64,000 nt of DNA, taken from contig CAVXKA010000003.1 in NCBI GenBank assembly GCA_963762255.1, forward strand, positions 160,001 through 224,000, written 5' to 3'. This document shows positions 45,292 through 56,200 of the stretch, one piece after another. The first letter of the stretch is position 1, and each line of letters begins with the position of its first letter. The notes under the pieces were generated by a model, which saw nothing but the letters and a program-made list of their open reading frames with translations, made no database searches and was not told the origin of the DNA. Source of the stretch: Candidatus Eiseniibacteriota bacterium. GTDB lineage: Bacteria; Eisenbacteria; RBG-16-71-46; JABDJR01. The position numbers and the translations under genes were made by a program.

Positions 45292-48200
45292 TCCGCCAGC
45301 GCCTCCTCGACGATCCGCGCCTGCTCGCGCTTGTGCGTGTCGAGATAGCCGGTCGCCGTGCTCGCGCTCTCGGCGCGGCCGACATAACGAGCGGCCACGC
45401 TCTGTCCGCTGAGTCGTCGCAACCGATCATCCATGTACGCCCACGCCCCCATGTTGCGCGGCTCCTCCTGGACCCATACGACCTCGGCTCCCCGGTAGGT
45501 GGCGACGGCCTCGCGCACCGGCGCTTCGGGGAATGGATAGAGCTCCTCCACGCGGCAGAGCGCGGTCGTCGAAGCGCCGCGTTTCGCGCGCGCCTCTTCG
45601 AGATCGTAGTAGATCTTCCCCGAGCAGAAGACGAGACGCTTGATCGCTTCCGGCTTCGGCGCCGCCGGGTCCCGCAACAGGGGCTCGAAGTGTCCCTCGG
45701 CCAGTTCGCGCACCGCGGAGCGGGCTCGAGGGTGCCGGAGAAGGCTCTTCGGAGTCATCACGATCAAGGGCGTGCGCAGCCCCTCGCACATCTGCCGCCG
45801 CAGGAGATGGAAGTACTGCGCGGGGGTCGTACAGTTGACGACTCGCAGGTTGTCCTCCGCCGCGAGCTGCAGAAATCGTTCGAGGCGGGCGCTCGAATGA
45901 TCCGGCCCTTGTCCCTCGTAGCCGTGCGGCAGGAGCAGCACGACGCCGCTCGGTTGGCCCCACTTGGCCTTCGAGCCGGCCAGGAACTGGTCGATCACCG
46001 GCTGCGCCTCGTTGCCGAAGTCGCCGAATTGCGCTTCCCAGAGCACCAGGACCGACGGATCGCCCAGGCTGAACCCGTATTCGAAGCCGAGCACCGACTC
46101 CTCGGAGAGCGGGCTGTCGATGGCCGCAAAGGGTGCCTGGTCCTTGCCGAGTTCCTGCAGCGCCATCCAACTCGAGTCCGTTTCATCGTCGCGCAAGAGG
46201 AGATGCCGCTGGCTGAAGGTGCCGCGGACACTGTCCTGTCCGGACAGACGCACCGGCGTCCCCTCCAGCGCCAACGATCCGAAGGCGAGCGCTTCGGAGA
46301 AGCTCCAGTCCAATCCCTCGCCGGCTTGCATGGCCTTGCGCCGCTCCTCCATCCATTTCCGCAGCTTGGGATGGACGTCGATATCCGGCGGCGGAGAGGT
46401 GATGGCTTCGGTGATCAGGCGCAGCGTGTCCTGCGACACCGCGGTGGATCGCGGCACTGGCGCCGCGCCGGGTCGCGGCCGCGGCACCTCGATCGGCGCC
46501 GGCTTCATGGAGCACGCCTCCTTCTGCGCGCGCTCGAACGAGAGCTCCAGACAGTGGTGAATGCCCTCCTCTATCGTGTCGCGCTCGGCGGCGGTGACCA
46601 CGCCCTCGCGGAGGAGCTTCTCGGTATAGACCGTCGCCACCGACGGATGGTTGCGGATCGTGGCGTAGAGCCGAGGCTGCGTATAGATCGGCTCGTCGCC
46701 CTCGTTGTGCCCGTGCCGGCGGTAGCAGACGATGTCTACCACCACGTCCTTGTGGAACGCTTGCCGGAACGCGAAGGCGATCTCCACGGTGCGCACCGCC
46801 GCCTCCGGGTCGTCGCCGTTCACGTGAAAGATCGGCGCCTGCACCATCTTGGCCACATCGGTGGAGTACGCCGAGGATCGCGCCGACTCCACCGGGGTCG
46901 TGAAACCGATCTGGTTGTTGACGATGAGGTGCACGGTGCCGCCGGTGCGGTAGCCCTTGAGCTGGGACAGGTTGAGCGTCTCCGCGACGACTCCCTCGCC
47001 GGCGAAGGCGGCGTCGCCGTGCACCAGCACGGGAAGCACGCGACGACGTCCCTCTTCCGCTCCGAACCGCTCCTGCTTCGCGCGGGCGATCCCCTCCACC
47101 ACAGGGTCCACGGCCTCCAGGTGACTGGGGTTCGGCGAGAGCGCGATCCGGACCTCGCCCGCATCCTGTGTCAGGTGCACGCCGGTTGCTCCGAGGTGAT
47201 ACTTCACGTCCCCCGAGCCCTGCGTCACGTGCGGATCGCGGTTGCCCTGGAACTCCGAGAAGATGTTCGCGTAGTCGACCTTCAGGATCTGCGTGAGCAC
47301 GTTCAGGCGGCCTCGGTGGGCCATCCCCATCACCACGTCCCGCACGCCTTCGCGCGCCGCCGCCTCGAGCAGCGTGTCCAGGACCGGGATGAGGGTCTCG
47401 CCCCCTTCCAACGAAAATCGTTTGTGCCCGATGAACTTCGCATGCAGGAACCTCTCGAACGCCTCCGCGCTGGCCAGCATCGCCAGCGCGCGCTTCTTCC
47501 GCGCCGGCGAGAGCGGCGCCCGCGCGGACTCCGGCTCCACCCGCTCCTGGATCCAGCGCTTCTGCTCCGGGTCCTGGATGTTCATGTACTCGACGCCGAC
47601 CTTGCCGCAGTAGGCGCTCCGCAGCGCCTGCAGGATGTCGCGCAGGGCCGCCTGCGGCTCTTCCCACGCCGATACGTGATCGCCTGACGCGCCGGTGATG
47701 AACCTACGGTCCAGATCCCACAGCGTGAGACCGTACGTTTCGGGATCGAGTTCCGGATGGTACGCGGGCTTCTCGCCGAGCGGGTCCAGGTGCGCGATGA
47801 GGTGACCGCGCACGCGGTAGGCGTTGATGAGCTGCAGCACGCGCGCCTGACGCAGGATCTCCTCGTGGTTGCCGCTGGCGCCGAACGACGAAGGGTTCAC
47901 GTCCGCGGTCCAGCGCACCGGCTGGTACGGCACCCCCATCGCCTGGTAGATCCGATCGTAGAAGTCGTCTTCGCCCCGCAGGAGGCGCTCCACGTCGCCG
48001 AGGAACTCCCCGGACTCCGCGCCCTGCACGATGCGATGGTCGTACGTGCAGGAGATCGTCATGCTCTTGCCGATGCCGAGCCGCGAGAGCAGCTCCGGCG
48101 ACATCGCGCGGGTCTCCGCCGAGTAACCGATGCTCCCCACCGCGATGATCGCGCCCTGGCCGGGCATGAGCCGAGGCACCGACGACTCGGTGCCCACCGT

Positions 48201-48971
48201 TCCCGGATTGGTGATGCTGATGGTCGTGCCCTGAAACGCCTCGGGTCCCAGGCGCCCCGCCCGCACGTCCTCGATGAGCCGCGTGTACGCCTCGACGAAC
48301 CCCCGAAAGTCGAGCACGCCCGCGTTGCGCAAGTTGGGGACGAGCAGCGTGCGCGACCCGTCCTTCTTCTCCATGTCGACGGCCATGCCGAGGTTCACCG
48401 CCGCCCGACGCACGCGGTGCGGCTCGCCGTTCACCATCGCGAACGCATCGTTCAGCGCGGGCGACTTGGCCAGCGCGCGCAGCACCGCCCAGGCGATCAT
48501 GTGGGTGAAGGAGACCTTGGGGCCCGACTTCAACTCGAGGTAGTGGTTGAGAAGGCGACGGTTCTCCTCGAGCACCTTGACCGGAATGTGGCGGTAGGAG
48601 GTCGCGGTGGGCAGATCCCGGCTCGCCTCCATGTTGCGCACGATCAGGGCGAGACCGCCGCGCAGGGGCATGACTTCGTCGCCTTCGCCGAGCGGGACCG
48701 GCGGCGGACCGGGGACGGCGCTCATCCCGGGTGCGGTTCCGGGGGTCGCCGCGACGGCCCCCGCGCCCCCCTCGCGCGGCGCGGTTCCGGGCAGCGCCTC
48801 CGGGCCGATCTCCCCCGCTTCCAGACGGCGAAAGTACTCCCGCCACTCGGCGTTGACGGCCTCGGCGTTGGCCCGATAGAGGTCGTAGAGATCGACGACG
48901 TAACCGGCGTTCAACCCCAATGCGGCGGCGAGGCGTTCGACCACCGAGGCGCCCCGGTCGGCAGTGCTCAT
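45288..48971 (-). CDS. kgd: Multifunctional 2-oxoglutarate dehydrogenase E1 with fused E2 acyltransferase domain (KGD/OdhA type)
   Basis: Start placed at ATG 48971; E2 domain TNPGT..TYDHRIVQGAESG; E1 motifs GMAHRGRLN, HGDAAFAGEG, WEAQFGDF, LLPHGYEGQGPDHSS. Confidence 0.9.
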   Translation of the reverse strand: MSTADRGASVVERLAAALGLNAGYVVDLYDLYRANAEAVNAEWREYFRRLEAGEIGPEALPGTAPREGGAGAVAATPGTAPGMSAVPGPPPVPLGEGDEVMPLRGGLALIVRNMEASRDLPTATSYRHIPVKVLEENRRLLNHYLELKSGPKVSFTHMIAWAVLRALAKSPALNDAFAMVNGEPHRVRRAAVNLGMAVDMEKKDGSRTLLVPNLRNAGVLDFRGFVEAYTRLIEDVRAGRLGPEAFQGTTISITNPGTVGTESSVPRLMPGQGAIIAVGSIGYSAETRAMSPELLSRLGIGKSMTISCTYDHRIVQGAESGEFLGDVERLLRGEDDFYDRIYQAMGVPYQPVRWTADVNPSSFGASGNHEEILRQARVLQLINAYRVRGHLIAHLDPLGEKPAYHPELDPETYGLTLWDLDRRFITGASGDHVSAWEEPQAALRDILQALRSAYCGKVGVEYMNIQDPEQKRWIQERVEPESARAPLSPARKKRALAMLASAEAFERFLHAKFIGHKRFSLEGGETLIPVLDTLLEAAAREGVRDVVMGMAHRGRLNVLTQILKVDYANIFSEFQGNRDPHVTQGSGDVKYHLGATGVHLTQDAGEVRIALSPNPSHLEAVDPVVEGIARAKQERFGAEEGRRRVLPVLVHGDAAFAGEGVVAETLNLSQLKGYRTGGTVHLIVNNQIGFTTPVESARSSAYSTDVAKMVQAPIFHVNGDDPEAAVRTVEIAFAFRQAFHKDVVVDIVCYRRHGHNEGDEPIYTQPRLYATIRNHPSVATVYTEKLLREGVVTAAERDTIEEGIHHCLELSFERAQKEACSMKPAPIEVPRPRPGAAPVPRSTAVSQDTLRLITEAITSPPPDIDVHPKLRKWMEERRKAMQAGEGLDWSFSEALAFGSLALEGTPVRLSGQDSVRGTFSQRHLLLRDDETDSSWMALQELGKDQAPFAAIDSPLSEESVLGFEYGFSLGDPSVLVLWEAQFGDFGNEAQPVIDQFLAGSKAKWGQPSGVVLLLPHGYEGQGPDHSSARLERFLQLAAEDNLRVVNCTTPAQYFHLLRRQMCEGLRTPLIVMTPKSLLRHPRARSAVRELAEGHFEPLLRDPAAPKPEAIKRLVFCSGKIYYDLEEARAKRGASTTALCRVEELYPFPEAPVREAVATYRGAEVVWVQEEPRNMGAWAYMDDRLRRLSGQSVAARYVGRAESASTATGYLDTHKREQARIVEEALAE

Positions 48972-49009
48972 GGCTTCATGATCCCTTGCTCGACGACGAT
49001 TTGCCGAAG

Positions 49010-49049
49010 AAAAAAAGCCGGAGAGCGCGGTGTCTGCGCCCTCCGGCTT
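49010..49049 (-). terminator. Intrinsic terminator after the tRNA pair
   Basis: Minus strand AAGCCGGAGGGCGC-AGACACC-GCGCTCTCCGGCTT followed by a T-run. Confidence 0.8.
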
Positions 49050-49055
49050 CAGGAT

Positions 49056-49130
49056 TGGTAGCCCGTAGGGGAGTCGAACCCCTGTCTGATGGCTGAGAAC
49101 CACCTGTCCTAACCACTAGACGAACGGGCC
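49056..49130 (-). tRNA. tRNA-Glu (CTC)
   Basis: GGCCCGT..GGTGG-TTCTCAG-CCATC..GGTTCGACTCC..ACGGGCTACCA cloverleaf with encoded CCA. Confidence 0.95.
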
Positions 49131-49140
49131 ACTCGAAACT

Positions 49141-49214
49141 TGGCTGGGGGACAGGGATTTGAACCCCGATTCTACGGTCCAGAGCCGCATGTCCTACCGT
49201 TGGACGATCCCCCA
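49141..49214 (-). tRNA. tRNA-Gln (CTG)
   Basis: TGGGGGA..TGCGG-CTCTGGA-CCGTA..GGTTCAAATCC..TCCCCCAGCCA cloverleaf. Confidence 0.95.
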
Positions 49215-49264
49215 ACAGCTCGCACGTCCTGCTGCAAACCCCAGGGGGCCGGCAGCGCCGAAGG

Positions 49265-49293
49265 AATATAGCAAAGGGCCCTACCCGTCGCAA
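49265..49293 (-). promoter_or_regulatory. Putative sigma70 promoter of the tRNA pair
   Basis: Minus strand TTGCGA-N17-TATATT, with TG of an extended -10. Confidence 0.55.
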
Positions 49294-49347
49294 CCGGCTT
49301 TCTTCCCCCGCGCCGGCTTGGGAGGCCCTGAACCGACCGGGCCCGCC

Positions 49348-51045
49348 CTAGCCCTTCCCCGACTTCTCGATCTTGGCCCAGGTGTCTCGCAGGGTGACGG
49401 TCCGGTTGAAGACGAGGCGATCGGGGCGCGAGTCCACCGAGTCCACGCAGAAATAGCCCTGTCGCTCGAACTGGAACCCGGCGCCGGGCGCGGCGGCGGC
49501 CAGGCTCGGTTCCACCTTCACCCCCGAGAGCACCTCCAGCGAGTCCGGGTTGAGGAAGCTGCGGAAATCCGCGTCACGATCCGCCAGCGGATCGGGCCGG
49601 GTGTACATGCGGTTGTACAGGCGCACTTCAGCATCCAGAGCGTGGGCGGCCGAAACCCAATGCACGGTGGCCTTCACCTTGCGGCCGTCCGGCGCGGAGC
49701 CGCTCCGGGTCTCGGGATCGTAGGTGCAACGCAGCCCTACCACGTTCCCGGCGTCGTCCTTGTCCACTCCCGCGCACCTGATGATGTAGCCGTAGCGCAG
49801 GCGCACCTCCGTGCCGGGCGAAAGCCGGTGGTACTTGGGAGGCGGCACCTCGCGGAAATCGTCCTGCTCGATGTAGAGCACGCGCGAGAAGGGCACCTTG
49901 CGCGACCCCGCCGAGGGATCTTCGGGGTTATTGACCGCGTCCAGCTCCTCGGTCTTCTCTTCGGGGTAGTTCTCCAACACCACGCGCAGCGGCTTCAGGA
50001 CCGCCATCACCCGCGGCGCCCGACGGTTGAGATCCTCGCGCAGGCAGTGCTCGAGAAGCGCGATGTCCACCACGCTCTCGCGTTTGGCCAGCCCGATCTC
50101 CTCGCAGAACGCGCGAAGCGACTCCGGCGTGACGCCCCGCCGGCGCAGGCCCTTGAGCGTGGGCATGCGCGGATCGTCCCAGCCGGAAACGTGCCCCTCG
50201 CGCACCAGCAACAGCAGCCGCCGCTTGCTGAGCACGGTGTAGGTGAGGATCAGCGGTGCGAACTCGATCTGCCTCGGCTGCGAGACCACCTCCGACTCCC
50301 GCACCACCCAATCGTAGAGAGGGCGATGGTCCTCGAACTCCAGGGTGCAGAGCGAGTGCGTGACCCCCTCGAACGCGTCGGAGAGCGGGTGCGCGTAGTC
50401 GTACATCGGGTAGATGCACCAGCGTTCGCCGGTGCGGTGGTGCGTGGCGTGGAGGATGCGGTAGAGCACCGGGTCGCGCAGGTTGATGTTCGGCGAGGCG
50501 ATGTCGATCTTGGCTCGCAGCACCCGCGTGCCGTCGGGGAACTCCCCCGCCCGCATGCGCCGGAACAGGTCGAGGCTCTCCGCGGCCGAACGGTCGCGAT
50601 GCAGGCTCGCCTGACCCGGCTCGGTGAGGGTCCCCCGCATCGTGCGGATCTCCTCGGCGGTCGAGTCGTCGACGTAGGCCTTCCCTTTCTGGATCAAAAG
50701 CTCCGCGACGTCGTAGAATCGCTCGTAGTAGTCCGACGCGAAGAAGAAGCGGTCCTGCCAGTCGAACCCGAGCCAGTGAATGTCCTCCACGATCCCGTCG
50801 ACGTACTCCTGCTCTTCCTTCGTCGGGTTGGTGTCGTCCATCCGGAGATTGCACTTGCCCCCGGGATACTCCAGCGCCACGCCAAAATCGAGAGAGATCG
50901 CCTTGGCATGCCCGATGTGCAGGTACCCGTTGGGCTCGGGCGGAAACCGCGTGTGCACGCGGCCGCCGTTCTTCCCCTCGGCGACGTCCGCCGCGATGAT
51001 CTCGCGGATGAAGTCGCGCGCCGGGCTTGGTTTCGGTGTTTCCAT
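49348..51045 (-). CDS. glnS: Glutamine--tRNA ligase
   Basis: [43 protein letters not shown]; start placed at ATG 51045. Confidence 0.96.
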   Translation of the reverse strand: METPKPSPARDFIREIIAADVAEGKNGGRVHTRFPPEPNGYLHIGHAKAISLDFGVALEYPGGKCNLRMDDTNPTKEEQEYVDGIVEDIHWLGFDWQDRFFFASDYYERFYDVAELLIQKGKAYVDDSTAEEIRTMRGTLTEPGQASLHRDRSAAESLDLFRRMRAGEFPDGTRVLRAKIDIASPNINLRDPVLYRILHATHHRTGERWCIYPMYDYAHPLSDAFEGVTHSLCTLEFEDHRPLYDWVVRESEVVSQPRQIEFAPLILTYTVLSKRRLLLLVREGHVSGWDDPRMPTLKGLRRRGVTPESLRAFCEEIGLAKRESVVDIALLEHCLREDLNRRAPRVMAVLKPLRVVLENYPEEKTEELDAVNNPEDPSAGSRKVPFSRVLYIEQDDFREVPPPKYHRLSPGTEVRLRYGYIIRCAGVDKDDAGNVVGLRCTYDPETRSGSAPDGRKVKATVHWVSAAHALDAEVRLYNRMYTRPDPLADRDADFRSFLNPDSLEVLSGVKVEPSLAAAAPGAGFQFERQGYFCVDSVDSRPDRLVFNRTVTLRDTWAKIEKSGKG

Positions 51046-51068
51046 GGGTCGCTTTCCTTCGCCGCCGC

Positions 51069-52568
51069 CTACGCTTCGCTCGCGAAACGCTCGGCGAATT
51101 CCTTTTCCAGTTTCTTGAGCCGTTTTTCCGAGATGCCGCCCAGAGCCTCGATGGCGCGGCGCAGTCGCACCCGGGTCATGTCCGATCCCAGAATGGCCAT
51201 CGAATCGTAGAGCGGCGTCCACACGCGACCGCCGCTCAGCGCGACGTAGAAGGGCAGGTTGAGATCGCGCGGCTTCACGTCGAGCTTCTCGGCAAGCTCG
51301 CGGAATACCGCTTCGATCGGATCTCGCGAGAAGTCCCGGAGCGGTTCGAGCTTCCACACCGCCATCTGGAGGATGTCGGCGAGCTCCTCCGCGCTCTTCC
51401 CCTTGAGCTGGAGATCGGCAACGTCGAGTGCGACCTCGTCGGCGAAGAACGGCGCCGTGAGACGACCCCAGTCCCCCAGGGTCTCCAGCCGCGGCTGCAC
51501 GAGGGGGATGATGCGAGCGAGGTTCTCGCGGTTCAACGCCCAGCGCTCCAGCGCGTCACCGAGCGCCGCCGGCGTGTAGTCCTCCCGGATGTAGCGACCG
51601 TTCAACCAGCGCAGCTTGGCGGGATCGAACACCGGACCGCCCAGCGAGATCCGCTCCAGCTCCAGGTTCGCGGCCATGTCGGCGAGGGTGAACTTCTCCT
51701 CGCCGTCGGGCATGAGCCAGCCCATGAGACCGAGGTAGTTTCGCAGGGCCTCGGGGAGAATCCCCGCACGCCGGTAGTAGTTGATCGATGTCGGGTTCTT
51801 GCGCTTGGAGAGCTTGCTCTTGTTGGCGTCGTTGTTGCGCAGGAGCGGCAGGTGACAGAACACCGGCGGTTCCCAGCCGAATTGCTCGAAGAGGCGGACG
51901 TGTTTGGGAACGGAGTTGATCCACTCCTCGCCGCGGATGATGTGCGAGATCCCCATCAGGTGATCGTCCACCACCACCGCCAGGTGATAGGTGGGAAAAC
52001 CGTCCGACTTGAGGATCACCTGGTCGTCCACCGACGCCCAGTCCTTGCGAATCTCGCCGCGCAACAGATCGCGGAAGACGCACTCCCCTTCCGTCGGCAC
52101 CTTCATCCGCACGACACAAGGCTCGCCGGCGGCGGCGCGCCGAGCGGCCTCGGCGGGATCCAGCCCGCGACAGTGCCGGTCGTAGCCGCCTCCCGCGCCC
52201 TCCCGCTTGCGCACCGCATCGAGGCGCTCCTTCCCGCAGAAGCACCGGTACGCGTGCCCCGCTTCGAGCAGCCGATCCGCATGCTCCCGATAAATAGGAA
52301 GCCGCTCGCTTTGGCGATACGGCCCGTGCGGCCCGCCGACGTCGGGGCCTTCGTCCCATGGAAGACCGATCCAGCGCAGCGACTCGAGAATCGCCCGCTC
52401 CGACTCCGGTGTGGAACGGGCCTGGTCGGTATCCTCGATGCGCAGAATGAAGGCGCCGCCTCGCCCCTTGGCAAAGGCGTAGTTGAAGAGCGCCTGGTAA
52501 GCGGTGCCTACGTGGGGATCGCCGGTCGGCGACGGGGCCACGCGGACGCGGACGGGCTTCTCGGCCAT
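51069..52568 (-). CDS. gltX: Glutamate--tRNA ligase
   Basis: [29 protein letters not shown]-terminal anticodon-binding helices. Confidence 0.96.
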   Translation of the reverse strand: MAEKPVRVRVAPSPTGDPHVGTAYQALFNYAFAKGRGGAFILRIEDTDQARSTPESERAILESLRWIGLPWDEGPDVGGPHGPYRQSERLPIYREHADRLLEAGHAYRCFCGKERLDAVRKREGAGGGYDRHCRGLDPAEAARRAAAGEPCVVRMKVPTEGECVFRDLLRGEIRKDWASVDDQVILKSDGFPTYHLAVVVDDHLMGISHIIRGEEWINSVPKHVRLFEQFGWEPPVFCHLPLLRNNDANKSKLSKRKNPTSINYYRRAGILPEALRNYLGLMGWLMPDGEEKFTLADMAANLELERISLGGPVFDPAKLRWLNGRYIREDYTPAALGDALERWALNRENLARIIPLVQPRLETLGDWGRLTAPFFADEVALDVADLQLKGKSAEELADILQMAVWKLEPLRDFSRDPIEAVFRELAEKLDVKPRDLNLPFYVALSGGRVWTPLYDSMAILGSDMTRVRLRRAIEALGGISEKRLKKLEKEFAERFASEA

Positions 52569-52660
52569 CGGCTCCTCGAGGGAAAACGCACCGGCCCGAT
52601 CGCAAGGGCCGGCGCGGACTTCACACCGTCGATGAAGCGCGGGATTCTATCACGGCCGGA

Positions 52661-53293
52661 TCACACCGTCGCGCGCAGGGACTCGAGCAGCGCCGCCGCT
52701 CGTTCCACGAACGCGGCCGACGCGGGGTCGAGACCGTGCCCGGGGGAGAGCACGTCGAGCTGGGAGACGACCGCGGGATAGTCAGCCATGCTGAGAGCGC
52801 CCCGAGCCATGAACCAGCGCACATCCGACGCGGAGAAGGTGCGGTCGTGCGTGAAGACGTAGGCCGCGTTCCCGGCCAGCAGCACCGCGCCCCGAGCCCT
52901 CACCGATGCGGGGTCGTCGTGCCCCACCGCGATCAGCACCCGCCCCGCCGTCGCGTCGATGGCCTGCGCGCTGCGCAGGAGCGCCTCATCGAAGCGGTCC
53001 TCGGCCACGTCCAGCTCCCGATCGCGGACTGCGACCCAACCTTCCCCGACGAAGGCCTCCGCGTATTCGGGATCGACCGCGAGCGCATCGGCGAAGCGCG
53101 CCGAGGCCGTCTCCAGGTCCCCCTGCTCGAACGCGGTCCACCCCTCCTGCGTCAACGAGGCCGCGGTCGGCTTCTCGGGGCCGCCCCCGCCCCCTCCACA
53201 ACCAGCCATGACAACCAGAAGGACCGTGAGCAGCGTGACCGCAGCCGGCCCGCGCCCGGCGTTCCCACGAACGAAGCTCGTGATCCGGCTCAT
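52661..53293 (-). CDS. TPR-like lipoprotein
   Basis: MAGC lipobox; GWTAFEQGD..A..F..AL..DP..AEA..GEGW TPR pattern; start overlaps the C25 gene stop. Confidence 0.75.
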   Translation of the reverse strand: MSRITSFVRGNAGRGPAAVTLLTVLLVVMAGCGGGGGGPEKPTAASLTQEGWTAFEQGDLETASARFADALAVDPEYAEAFVGEGWVAVRDRELDVAEDRFDEALLRSAQAIDATAGRVLIAVGHDDPASVRARGAVLLAGNAAYVFTHDRTFSASDVRWFMARGALSMADYPAVVSQLDVLSPGHGLDPASAAFVERAAALLESLRATV

Positions 53294-56200
53294 CGCTCAC
53301 CTCCCCCGCCCAGGCGCACGATACGTTGCACGGCGCGTTCCTTGCCCGCCACCACGCGCACGAAGAAGACTCCGGCCGGCGCGGGCCGGCCCGCGTCATC
53401 GCCTCCGTCCCAGCCCACCTCGTGATCCCCGTCGGGGAACACACGGTCGGCAAGGATCTTCACCTTCCGGCCTCTCACGTCGAAGATCTCCAGGCGCACG
53501 CGCGCCTCCGAGCTGAGCGCGAAGGCGATGCGCGTGGACGCGGAGAAGGGGTTCGGCGCCGCCGCCGACACGGCCAGGGCGGGCCGCGGTTCGACGTGGA
53601 CCGTCCCGGAAGCGTTCAATCGATACCAGCCGAAGTTCGCGGCCGGCACCGTGGCGCTCCCGGAGGACCATGCGGACAATGTCACCGGACGCCACGCGGC
53701 CCCATCCCACCAGGTCACCGCCGCGCCTGCCCACTCCGCGGGGACGGCGAAGCGCACCTGCGTCCCGGGAGGCGCCGCGCTCCCTACCGGTCCCACTTGC
53801 ACGCGCTCGCCGTCGCCGGGTGGAATGCCGTCCTCCGAAAGCGAGGTGCCGGACATTCGCTGTACAAGCAGGAGGTCGGGCCACCCGCCGAGGCCGCCCG
53901 CCCACACCGCGACCTCGGCCTGCCGCGCCTCCATCCAACCCAGTGACTGAGGCGCTCCCAACACATCCAGCGATCGCTCCGTCCGCGCGGTTCGGCCGTC
54001 CTTCGCGGTGGCGGTCACCACCACGCGATGCGTGCCCACCGTGAGCGTCGCGCTCGCGCGATAGAAGCGTCGCGCCGCATCCGCCACGGAAACGGCAAGC
54101 GAGACGCCGTCCAGCGTCACCGCAGCCGGGTTCACCAGCTCCTTGGTCGACACAACCGTAATCGAGAGGAACTCGGGGAGCTGCGCCCCTTGGAGAAGGC
54201 CGAGGGCGAGGCGCGGTTCCACCGCTTCGCGCTGCGGCGCTCCCACGTAGCCGGTCCGCCGGGGATCGTGGCGAAACATGGGCCAACCGGCATTCGCCAC
54301 CACACGGCCCTTGCTGCGGAACACATAGATGCCGCGATCGAACCCGGAGATGACGACCTCGTTCAGGCCGTCGCCGTCGAGATCGGTGACCAACACGCCG
54401 CCGTCCATCGGCGAATCGGTCTTGAGCGGAAATCCATCGACGTAGCTCGCGTCTTTGTTGACCGCGATGATCCACCCGGTTCGGTTCCCCCAAACGATTT
54501 CCAGATCGTCGTCTTCGTCCAAATTGGCCACGGAGGGAGACCCGCGCGAGGACATCAGCCGACCGATTTCGTCGAGGAAGAAGACGGGGAACCCGCTGAA
54601 TGAGGTTCCGTCCGCACGCCAGAGATTCGCCACGCCGTTGCCGGAAACGGAAATGACTTCGAGCGTCCCGTCGTTGTCCACGTCCGCCACGGCCGGGGAC
54701 GGCATGAGGTCCTGGTTCTGCACGTACGCGGATTTCGGCCACCCGGGGAGCGACTTCCCGTCGAGGCCGCGCACCTCCACCGAGTCCGAACCGGTCGTGA
54801 TGATGATGTCGATCTTGCCGTCCCGGTTGAGATCGGCCAGGGCCGGCGATGACGTGATCGCTCCGCGCGTGGCGATCGGCCACCCGGGGAAGGGAGTGCC
54901 GTCGTCATCGAGAACGTGGATCCGGCCCATGTAGCTCTCGGAAGTGGGAACGCCGTCGACTCGCGTTCCCAACACGATCTCCTCGCGGCCATCTCCGTCC
55001 AGATCGGCGGCCGCCACGGAGCCGTAAGAATACACTCCCTCCGTCCTGTGGAAGATTCCGTAGGTGGCCGGGTCGCTGTCGCCATCCCGAAGCTCATTGC
55101 CGAAGCGATCGAAGCCCCACAGTCCCTTCACTCCCTGGAAGAAGATCTCGGGTAGACCGTCTCCGGTCACGTCGGCCAGCACCGGCGTGCTAATTCGGGA
55201 GACGTCTCCGGTCCACGCGTACCGGGGCCATCCCGGGAGGAGCCTTCCGAAACTGTCCCACACCACGACCTCGCCCTCGCCCCTGCTGACACCGACCAAC
55301 TCCAGCCGGCCGTCCCCGTCCAGATCCGCCGCGGAGGGGGAGGCCCAGTACCCTATCGCCACCGTGGGCCGGCTGGACCACACACCCATCGTGCGGGCGT
55401 CGGCGTCCCCGTCCCAGACCTCGCTTCCGTCTCCGTGGAACGCGTAGATCTGCTCACGCCCGGTGATCACATCCTGAACGCCGTCGCCGTCCAGATCGGC
55501 GACGAGAGGTGACGCCTGGGTTCCCTGGTTGGCTGCGAGCGGGAATCCGGCGGCCAGCGGCAGGGCCGCCGTTCCCCGTATCACTGCGCTCTGCGCGGAG
55601 AGATTGCCGCTCGAGTCCTGCGCGGCGACGCGGTAGTAGCGAATGGCCAAACCCGGAAGCGGCTCGTCCACGAAGAACGTGAAGGGATTGGCTTCGAATC
55701 CGGACAGGCGCTCGAACGGTCCGGCGGCGGCGATCGAGTGATACACCACGTAACGCGCGACATCGGGACTCGTGCTCGCGGTCCACGTGAGCGTGATGCT
55801 CGATTCCGCACCGCGCGCGAACCCAGGTGTGGGCGCCAGGGGTTTCACAAGATCCAATACCGAGTCGAAGCGGTTCGTGCCGCCGTCGTTGACCACCAGC
55901 CGCAGACGAGGCATCGTGGCGCCCGGGCCCAGCAGCACCTGGAACGGCGGGTCCTCGGTGGCGGATCGCACGATCCCCGCCGGAATCCAGGCGAAGGAGG
56001 CTGTCCCGTCCAGAATCGTGGCGTCTTGCGGGTCCACAAAGCTCAAGGACGCCGTCAGGTCCAGACTCCCTCCCGATCCGCGGTTCACAAGCTGCGGGAC
56101 GACACCGACGCTCTCGCCGGCCTCGGCGATCCCGTCGCCGTCTCCCTGCAGCTCTCGAACCTCGAGATCGTAGACCTTCAGCTCCGGGGCGCTCACGTCG

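Noticed and set aside
48972-49214. N-terminal extension of the kgd ORF across tRNA-Glu; tRNAs as a possible integration site
   Set aside because: The extension overlaps a tRNA and terminator. No integrase or duplicated tRNA 3' end was seen.
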